Positions 55,001-64,000 of a stretch of 64,000 nt of DNA are shown here, piece after piece. The notes beneath the pieces are model-generated. The model had not been told where the DNA came from, ran no database searches, and saw nothing but the letters and a program-made list of their open reading frames with translations. This DNA is from Antedon mediterranea. Taxonomy: Eukaryota; Animalia; Echinodermata. Position numbers and translations under genes: made by a program. The stretch spans positions 15,212,101 through 15,276,100 of the forward strand of contig NC_092677.1 of the NCBI RefSeq assembly GCF_964355755.1, read 5' to 3'. How positions within the stretch are numbered: the first letter of the stretch is position 1; the number at the start of each line of letters is the position of its first letter.

Positions 55001-58000
55001 CATTAAACCAACATATACAATGATGATGTGTTCCTTATAATATTGAGTAGTATAGTAGAGATTTTCTTGGTACTGTATATATGAAAAATGCAAAAATCAT
55101 CATAACTGACTCGAATCCGGGCCTTTAGCTTGGTATGCCGATGCCATACCATTAGACCACCATACGACTTTAGATTCATTAGACTGGGCTCTCTCATCTC
55201 TTTATTTCAAAATCTTTACTGTAGATCCACCGCTGATTGAACTGAGAATAGAAGACTAGTGCATAATCACCAACCTACAGCTCTTTTCCTTATATATAAT
55301 CTTATATTTTCAGAATGTGACAGTTTAGTCTTGTTTTTACATAATCATGCTTTTAGTAGATTCAGATTGATTTGTCTTAAATTATAAATTCTACTTGCAT
55401 TTGCCTTCCTAATCCATCCCACTCTCACAAATTAATTACAATACTAATTTACTATTGTCTATGTCATGGTTACCATAGTGATATTAGCTCGTAGTATCAA
55501 TTTTGATCTTTTTACATATTTATTTGGTTCTTAAATTTCTAAATTTTAAAACTGATTATTAAGATAAAAAATGGATAATATTCATTTATAAAATATTTTA
55601 TAATTCTCAGGGAATAATTTCGCCAGTGTAGCATAGCAAAAAGCTATACAAAACAACCTTTTTGCTACACATTTCTACAATTGTGTAGCAAAAAATACAA
55701 TACAAAACTAGGCCCTAGGCCTATGTTTCTTGATTAAAAAATCAGTTTGATAGCAATTTTGCTAAACAAAATTTTCAAATGAAATTTTTCCCTGATTCTA
55801 ATGAATGTTAATTCAGTCGGACCCATATTTACAGTTTTTAAAAAACCATTTACTTTATTATTGTAAATATTACATAACTTTTTGACAGTTACTATTTCTT
55901 TAGAAAATGTGATCATCTTTCATTTCATTTAGAATTTTTTTGTATTCAATTTGTTTTAAAATCAAAATCATATATTATTAAACTGACAGTTTGACAACCA
56001 ATACTTTTAATATAATTTGTATAATTTGAGAGTTTTCTTCTTGCATCTTTCTCTACAACCATGTAGTTATTTTTCCACGGTACAACACATTGGAGCCTGT
56101 TTTCAATGTACAAACATAATTGATTTAATAATTACTGTATAAATGAAATTAATAAATTGATTAATATATTTAATCTACTGAGCATAAATATTAATTGGTG
56201 TATTTATCGCTCACTTAGAGCCAGTCTGGAGCCCGTTTTACATTTGATTGTAATGGATGAGTCCTCGCAATGTTGAAGCCAATGTCGTGCACGATTACCA
56301 GGTTGAAGGATTTCACGCAAAAGTATAAATCACGGATTGATGAATATACATTCAATTATTGTTCAGTTTTCCTGTGGGAATGCGAATCAAACTAACAATG
56401 ACGGTCACATTCACATTGATGCTATTATTTCTGTTCAGTGATTAGTTATGTTATGGAATTAGGCTGGTCCTAGTTACCAAGAAAAATCAAGGAATACTGT
56501 ACGTCCACACATACTTGCCATCGAGTTTGATAATGATTAATATTCAATATTATTGATTATTTATTGACATTCCAAGACACATATTTTTTAATTTATGTAT
56601 TGATTAATATTGATTATTGATATATTCCAAGACATGGATTTTCATTAATTATTGATTGACATTCCAAGACATGGATTTAGCTGGTTCTCAGTGTCATCTT
56701 TTGATTGATTAATCTATGTATTGATTAATATTGAATATTTATACATTCCAAGACGTGGATTTCTATTGATTATTATCAATTATTGATTGAAATTCCAAAA
56801 CATGGATTTAGCTGGTTCTCAGTGTCATCTTCTGTTTGAACTTGAACAATTTGATTCACATGACGAAACCAGAGACTCGTCTCCTGAACATATCAAACAA
56901 TCAGATTCCCTCCTTCGATTTAAGAGGGCGCACCTACGCAAACATGCGCCAGGCTCTGTGTGCGGCTTGGTTCGTTCGTTGTACCAAATTTTAAAGGCGA
57001 GATGGAGCATATTACATGCATGGAATTTATATCAAAAGGTAAGGTGTACTACAAGAAATTCAAACTTTAACTATTCAAAGGAGACACCTTCAGGACCCAA
57101 CAAAGTGTCTCTTAATCTGGAGACATCCATATTAAGGTGATACATTGTTATGTCCTAAATTGTGTTAAAATGCATGCCCCTTGTTCGTTTCACAGGAAAT
57201 AAAAGTGTGTGTCTTTATGTGGGTGTCCCCCAACTAAAACTGTAAGTGTTAAAACATTGATTACCCTACTGTAGGTTGTTTCAAAGAAAGCATTCTTTTT
57301 CTAGGGGATACGGATATCACTCTCCTGATATTGACGATAGTGTTAAAACAAAATTAGCCTACTGTCATACAAGAAAATTTCCTCTTTATAGCGGTGCCCC
57401 TTGAATAGGATTGCCCTCTGAGTAGGGTTCTCAAAAGAGAGGTTTACTCTTTTTGTGACATTATTTATCCTATCACATACCCCACTAGCATAATATTTAC
57501 CTAATAATATTAGACGTCTAACTAATTAACCTTGTTTAAAGTGGGAAAAAGAATGTCAGAAGTATGTCATTTGTAGCATGCCATCTGCTGCTGTATTGTT
57601 TCAATGGTATTTATATTTATGATTACCTTTGGAATGATGATTTATGGTTCTGAGTCCTGAATATAGATTTACTGAAAAAAACAAATTGTCCGGACCATTT
57701 GATCATGGTGTGTAAATATATTATTTTTAAACGCAACTCTACGGCTCACTATGTCGGTCAGTTGGTCGATTGGTCGGTCGGTCTGTAAACACTAACTTGA
57801 GCACGCGACTGCAGCCATGGCCTTGTTAATAATAATTGGTCTATTTTGGTTTATCCGGCATTTACAGATATGTAAAAATTAAATTTTGGTTTAATGTTTA
57901 CAATAGCATCAGTAATAAAATAAAATTTTCTTTTTGAACCATATTCAATTTTTGTCTACAGACAGAATTCAATATGTTACAATTCCCATGTGACTCTTGG

Positions 58001-61000
58001 TTTTATGAAAATCAATATTGCTATGAGTCACTATATTAATCACTCCTAATGAGCACCATTTTGTTCAAGTTTATTACCTCAACTGCGAAACGATGAGTCA
58101 TACTTTAGAGTAGTGTTATCGTCGTCGTAACGTGTTAAAGTCTATTACCGTAGCAGGCTACTATACGTAAAGATGCAGAGATCTGAAAATCAATACATAT
58201 TGAGATCAATATTATTAAGGCTGTGTTTGTATCAACAGCTGTGTGCAATGGGAAAATGAATCAGTCTTTATTATATTAAATTGAGATGAACCCATAACTT
58301 ACTTTCCCATTTCACAATTCATGCATCCTCCTATTGAATTTGGCATCTTTTCGAAAAGTACTCCATGCTCTTTATATCATCATTTTAGCACAACCTAACA
58401 ATCTTTTAAGAATAGCTAAATCTTTAGTAGTCATTTGTAATATCCTGAAGTGAATTTGTTTTACCTTTTTTTGTATGTTGCAGTAATGCAGTTATACATG
58501 TACAGATGTATAGACTAATTCTCCATTAAATATGAACCTTTTGGACTTGACCCTTTTTAGGGAACCTTTTCTGTGAAATTAACAAGTATGTTTCAACACT
58601 GCTGCAACCTCTACTCAGGGGACAACCTTTAGTTATTAAGGGTCATTTTGTTTTTGTCACTGGGGTTGTACTGTCCTGTTTCATTATATACTTTACCATT
58701 TTTAAATGATTAATATACTGTACATTTATCTTTACATTATTTGCTATAATTTGTAAACAAATTGTACACTACAAGTACACAAATATCACATTTATCTTTA
58801 TTTATTTATTTATTCATAGGAATCACCTTTATATCGGTGGCACACATTATCAGTTAATGGTGCATCCATTTTACAGACAAAATACAAATAACATAAGCTA
58901 CAGAGTTCGAAATACTAACACATAACATCAAAACAAAATGTAACTAATTATTAGATAATTAGATCTGTATGAAAATACATAATACGTAAACTGTATGTAC
59001 AATATATATAACTTACAAAAATAAAAACAGAACAACATCTGAAATTTCTGAAAAAGTAACAGGTTGTTTGCGCTTGAATGAGTCTAAACTCAACACATGT
59101 CTGTTTCACAATAAGATCTCTGGTAGCTCACAATACCTATAACAATGCTCTTTGTTCATTCTAATATCATATTGAAGAATGGACAACAAGTGGAGCAGAA
59201 ATAATGAATATTATATGCCAGTTCCTACTTCTCTTTTTACATGGATATGTTATTGTAATCTCTCAACATACAATGACATACTGTTGGTGCTATAAGTAAT
59301 GAAAATAATAATAAATATTATTTATAATGATTTAATTTCTATATTGAAAATATTTTAACTGCAGAAAAATTAATGAGTTGACTTATTTAATAATTTTCAC
59401 ACACAATAATCAAAGTTATGCAACTACTGTGCACATTGTCTTGCATGTGATATTAATAAAATTCTCAATAAATTTATGTTCATAGACCGGCTTTTATTTA
59501 TGATTCTATACATATTATATGAAATAAACTGGTACAAAAATGTTCAAGTAATTCAGTAAAAATAACCACCACGTTTCTGAACTATAAAATTCAAGTTTAA
59601 ATACAGCAAAATAACAGTGTCGTTCTTAGATAATAATAGGGAATATTTTCGCCAGTGTAGATACTTAGCATAGCCAAATGCTACACAATACCATCTTATT
59701 GCTTACACATTTATCAATGGTATACGCAATTTTAAACGCAATACAAAACTCTTTCCTACTCCATTTAGATTAATCATCAGCACTTATTGCTATCACAATT
59801 TTGTAATGAAATCCCAGTAAAATTTGCTTCATATTTACTGTAATTGCATGGTTTTTTCATTTTATTATCATTATTTGAGAATAAAATTGCAAATATTTAC
59901 ATTAAATACACTATTTGTGTCGTTTGTCTGATTTTTCTTTTGTTGTGTGTTTATAAGAGATTCACCATCTGTGTCAAACTGTGTAAATACAGTCATGATA
60001 CATAATATGAAAGGCAATATTACATTGAATTGCATTGACGTAATATTTGTTCTATGTCTGACATGAATGAATCAATTCAATGAAGCTTTTAAATCAGAAT
60101 AATGTAATAACCGTTTGAATGTATTCTATTTTTGATGAATATGTATTTCATTTTCAACATTCATTTTAAATAATAAATGTTTTTAAATACATTTCCAATT
60201 TTGAATATCTTTTCCTTATCATGAAGAAATAAGTTCAATTTATTTCTCCATGGTACCCTTATTAATTGGAAGTTATGCAAATGTATCAACTCCTTTCTGT
60301 TGGTTTATTAACATGAAGGAATATTTGGGTGGCACATGCAACCACTTCTTTGACATAAAAAAATTATTTCATGACCAACAAAGTGTTGCCTTAATAATAG
60401 GGATGTACCCTCTATATACTGTACAGTGTTGTCTGTAGTTCATTTGATGTCACTTGATTAAAGGTGTCCAAAGATGTACACCACACATACCACTTCAAAA
60501 CTTATGAATTGAAACCTTAGATATATTACAATCAGTATCATTTTTTTTACAATTACAGCAACAACTTCAAGCATACGTAGCATGGGTAAACTCACAGCTG
60601 AAGAAACGGTCAGGCTGTCGACTGGTGGAGGATCTACGCCGTGACATGCAAGATGGCGTCACTCTTGTTCACCTCATTGAGATTGTCTGTAAGTTGAATA
60701 CATGTTATCCAAATTGTACTGTTCAACAGGGTGTGCAAGACATTTACACAGGCTTTGGTGTTGCACCAAGACATACAGTACAGTATGTAGTGGAGACAAC
60801 ATGGGTACCTACAACAATACTACACTATATGTCAGTTAAAGTGGTTCACAACTTTTGGTCAACATAGCGTGGCATACGTTTAGGTGTTACAACTTACACT
60901 CAATAAATATATAGTGCAAATTTCTGAAAAAACTTGATAACCTAAAATTATATGCTTTGACTCCATGACCGGTATACAAAGGTGCAATTTATAATGTTTT

Positions 61001-63910
61001 TTTTATATAGCTGGAGAGACACTGGCAAGAGTGGACTACAGCCCGCAGACACCCATTGCAATGCGAGAGAATGTAGAGCGTGTCTTACAATTCATGGCAT
61101 CTAAAAGAATACGAATGCACCACACATCGTCTAAAGGTACAGAATTATTAAAGTTAAAATATAATTGTTTTATCATCTTGCTATGTTGTGTCACCCTGTT
61201 TCTTCTCTTGACTTCTACTATTATGTTATCTATTGAATGGAAATGTTTAGCAGTGGCGGATCTAGGATCTGTCATGGGTGGGGGTGGCCACGAAAGTGCC
61301 AAACGAGGTGCACCGAGCGGGGGTGGTTTTGGGAGCCTCAGAAAATTTTTGAAAAAATTCATGCTTACACACTGTTTGATAGGCTAGAGCAACTGTTTCC
61401 ATCACATTTAATAACAAATGTTACATGATGTAAATTTCAGTAAATCCTTCCTATATACTGTATATACTGTACGGATCTTTTTTTACGACCTAAGAATAAA
61501 ATTTGATCGAAAAACACTTCAAACGAAATGAACATTTGGTAATGCAGTACTCCGAAAATGCCTCAATAGTTTATGTGTACTTTGTTTTGGTGGTCAGATA
61601 TATCCCTACAGCCGGGTGAATAACTCAATGTAATTTAGTATACAATGATTGCAGTATCGCCGTGTCTATAACACAAATCAATAAACCGCCAAATACGCCA
61701 CACAATTTTTTTCGGCCGGCCGTGTACATACAAGACATTTCATGTTTATTTTATGCCTATGAAATAATAAAAGAACACCATGTACAGTTTCTCGTTTATT
61801 TTTATCATTTATACTGCATACCATTATTATATAAAAAACCTTCATACGCGAGAAAAACGTTCACGGTATTACACTCCACTCTGTACAGGGGTGTAAATAT
61901 ATACCACGCTGTATTTTTGGAGATTGATGACGTCAGCATTCACACGAGGAGCGAGCTAGACAACGTGACGCTGGTAGTGCGTGTGTTTTGAAAATAACTA
62001 AATTCATAAATAGTAATTAAACTCTTGCTCCTCACTACTGTATGTAGGCCTATTTACACAACTATAATGCTAACCGGGCCTAGCTCTATCTAGCCTACTC
62101 TTTCTTAATTAATAATAGTCAAGTGAGTCGAATCCACATCTAGGGACGGTCGCGTCTTTTTTTTTTTTTTGAGAATTAAGGGGGGTGGCTAGCCACCCTA
62201 TTCACCCCCTAGATCCGCCACTGCTTAGTAAAGAATAGAGAGTGTGAATGTAGTGAAGTTCGCTCTAAAAGCTTCTACTCAATATGTTACAGTATTGGTA
62301 TTGAACCACTATAGAATGGACAGAGCAACACAGCAAAGTCAGATGTCTGCTCTCTAGCCTTCTACCATCTCTATATATAATCAACATAATTTATTGTCAA
62401 ATCTACATTACTATAAAACATGGAATAAAGAAATACAAAAAAATAAGCAAGCCAAGATATTTGCAGAAGGGTTCTTTTTTTTCCGCAAATAGTGCAAGCC
62501 TACATAAGTAAATGAAAATAGTTTTCCTACGTAGGATTGTCACGAGTTAAGCCTATTTACTATTACTTTCAATGTTGAAGGGCACTTCAGAGAAAAATGG
62601 GGGTTCTATGTACAGCAAGTCTGTGACCCATCTTCAGAAAGATGCTGCAGTTCTCAGAGAGGGTTGCTGTTCTGAGAACAAGTTCTGATTTGTCTCAGAA
62701 ATGAAATATTCTTTGTACTTTCAACCATAAATCATAGTAATACAATTACATGTTTCCAACTGCAGAAATACTAAATCATATTGTTCAAAGTCTCTACATT
62801 GATGTCATCTATGTGGGTGACATAATACACTGAATTCACATCAATACTGTCATCAATTATAAATTACAGAAACAGGAAAGGTGACATTTATATTAGAATG
62901 GCATCAATGCAGTTAGGTACAATGACGTCTATACAGTAGGTAGTTAATTAAAGATTTACGTACATTCAGTTTTCAAATTAATATCTACTGTCCTAAAAAA
63001 ATATAGATCACCTCAAATAATGATACTGTATTAAAAGATCCACTTAATAAGTTTAGAAAAATAAAACAAGGATTTACTTAAAATAAAGAGACAGAACACA
63101 AAACTAAATTTTAAAAATACTGTATAGTATATGAAAAAAGTAATAATAATAATTCAAGCTCGTTGATTTCTCAATAATATGTGTTCTGATTCTGAGTTGC
63201 AATATACTGTACTGTACACAATAATGTAGAATTGAAAATTGTAATTTCTTGTTTAACTTAAAAAACCATGTCAAGATTATCCTATTTCTATTTCTGTTAC
63301 TACTAATACTAATATTTTTTTACTGCAATAATGTATGACTTACGGTAGTTTGTTTTAATGTACACGTTTATGAGGCAGTTGCTGCAATAAACTGTGTGAC
63401 CTAAAAAAAAGCTTGCTACAGTAAATAAACAGGTTACAACAAAAATATTTACTGCAGTAACTTCAGAAGAATAATTAGTTTGAGATGATCTCTAGTATTC
63501 TTTTATAATCGGTTAATATTCTGTGAAACGGAAAATAATATTGTAAGCCTTAACACATTTGAATATTACTGTCAGTAGATAATAATTATTCCTTGTTGTA
63601 GTTGATTAAGAATATAATCACTGAATAAATTAACCACGGTTAACGTGTCATTTGTTTTTGCAGATATCGTTGATGGTAATTTGAAAGCCATAATGCGTTT
63701 GATTTTAGCATTAGCTGCTCATTACAAGCCCAGCAGCGTGAAACAAACACCGCAAACCCCGCAAGGCACGCCACATCAGAAACCGCAGAGGCAGCAGTCG
63801 TTTGCTGCTATGGCTGCAGGGGCGGCAGCGGCAATCAGAGATGCTCGTAAGGATGTTCAGATGGCTGGCGGTTCATTAAGGAGGTCAAAGGGAAAAGATC
63901 CGTCAGCTCG
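39662..63910 (+). CDS. DIXDC1: Dixin / DIX-domain-containing protein 1 (Ccd1), 3'-partial; CH-domain N-terminus
   Basis: Exons 60559-60688, 61011-61136 and 63664-63910 translate QQLQAYVAWVNSQLKKR..DLRRDMQDGVTLVHLIEIV-SGE..ENVERVLQFMASKRIRMHHTSSK-DIVDGNLKAIMRLILALAAHYKP, the calponin-homology domain characteristic of DIXDC1. Candidate first coding exon 39662-40027 (phase 0). The gene continues past the window. Confidence 0.88.
40688..40868. mobile_element. CAGGGAA-ended MITE with 5-bp TSD (CCTAG); relatives at 55608-55794 (TSD ATTCT), 46037-46212 and 59637-59810
   Basis: TIR cagggaa/ttccctg; close inverted copy at 55608. Confidence 0.8.
41909..41992 (+). CDS. DIXDC1: DIXDC1 candidate alternative first coding exon B (MNTNGHRSSPVAGARSVKGASAQWQEWT)
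   Basis: ATG 41909, ACA|gtaagt phase 0, GC-rich island; acceptor at 41883 is out of frame with exon A. Confidence 0.58.
43835..44197. repeat. Minisatellite, ~20-bp unit aataagaacatggattgaag
   Basis: About 17 degenerate tandem copies; explains three overlapping spurious ORFs. Confidence 0.9.
47220..47373. mobile_element. Harbinger-like MITE family (AGCTCTGTCTACACTATCAAACT..), TAA TSD; other copies at 3414-3530, 10324-10431, 30484-30629, 34266-34370, 42024-42167, 49236-49341, 54380-54528
   Basis: TIR agctctgtctacac/gtagacagagct, TAA on both sides here; shared internal ATATGGTAGTGATATG motif. Confidence 0.82.
50035..50466. repeat. Tandem repeat, 71-75-bp unit, 6 copies
   Basis: ctggtggtatgcttggatggtagacagcccactaaggcgcaggattggtcataagggtccattcccaacaccatt repeated. 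Confidence 0.95.
55608..55794. mobile_element. Second copy of the CAGGGAA MITE, inverted relative to 40688, 5-bp TSD ATTCT
   Basis: attct|cagggaa ... ttccctg|attct. Confidence 0.8.
56550..56830. repeat. Degenerate tandem repeat (tattgatt..cattccaagacatggatt), ~5 copies
   Basis: Direct repeats, including a 40-bp duplication at 56661-56700/56792-56831. Confidence 0.7.
57724..57827 (+). mobile_element. Short decayed Helentron-type element
   Basis: acgcaactctac..(GGTC)n microsatellite..cacgcgact..ggccttgtt organisation. Confidence 0.5.
60559..60688 (+). CDS. DIXDC1: DIXDC1 CH-domain exon 1
   Basis: ttacag|CAACAACTTCAAGCATAC..T|gtaagt. Confidence 0.92.
61011..61136 (+). CDS. DIXDC1: DIXDC1 CH-domain exon 2
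   Basis: tatag|..G|gtacag. Confidence 0.92.
61251..62223. mobile_element. hAT-like non-autonomous element (~970 bp)
   Basis: Perfect 16-bp TIR CAGTGGCGGATCTAGG / CCTAGATCCGCCACTG; flanks tttag / cttag. Confidence 0.8.
63664..63910 (+). CDS. DIXDC1: DIXDC1 CH-domain exon 3
   Basis: tgcag|ATATCGTTGATGG..CG|gtaggt. Confidence 0.92.
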
Positions 63911-64000
63911 GTAGGTTTATTTGTGAAGGTTGGAAGCTTTCGATTTTTGACAAACTAACAGTAGTTACGTCATGTACGCATGCAAGAACATTGGGACATG

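Noticed and set aside
58795-59310. Possible minus-strand LINE 3' remnant (similar tails near 7540, 54150, 62385)
   Set aside because: Too decayed to translate convincingly by eye; needs a repeat-library search.

Overview
AT-rich, intron-rich animal genomic DNA, probably from an invertebrate deuterostome (inferred from protein and intron conservation, not proven). Three spliced protein-coding genes were reconstructed by hand from GT-AG sites with consistent phases. (1) The 3' part of a Turtle/IGSF9-like adhesion receptor (+; 14 exons, 1879-23225; 3 Ig + 2 FN3 + TM + long cytoplasmic tail ending in a PDZ-type motif -VSSV). (2) A complete MRE11 (-; 19 coding exons, 32603-25787, 660 aa). (3) The 5' part of a DIXDC1/Ccd1 (Dixin) gene (+; CH-domain exons 60559-63910, with several candidate alternative first exons). 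The introns carry a decayed Academ DNA transposon with a nested LINE fragment, a 5S-rRNA-derived SINE, Helentron-type non-autonomous elements, several MITE families, Penelope-like remnants with hammerhead-like cores, and minisatellites. The most unusual signal is a dense layer of apparent transposon excision scars. These are 18-34 bp CA(T/G)GGA-ended palindromes, most with 7-bp target duplications (P-element-type footprints), and TA-flanked micro-insertions (TACAGTA/TACTGTA, TAGGCCTA) that pile up next to putative promoters. No searches were run; all family names come from motif recognition.
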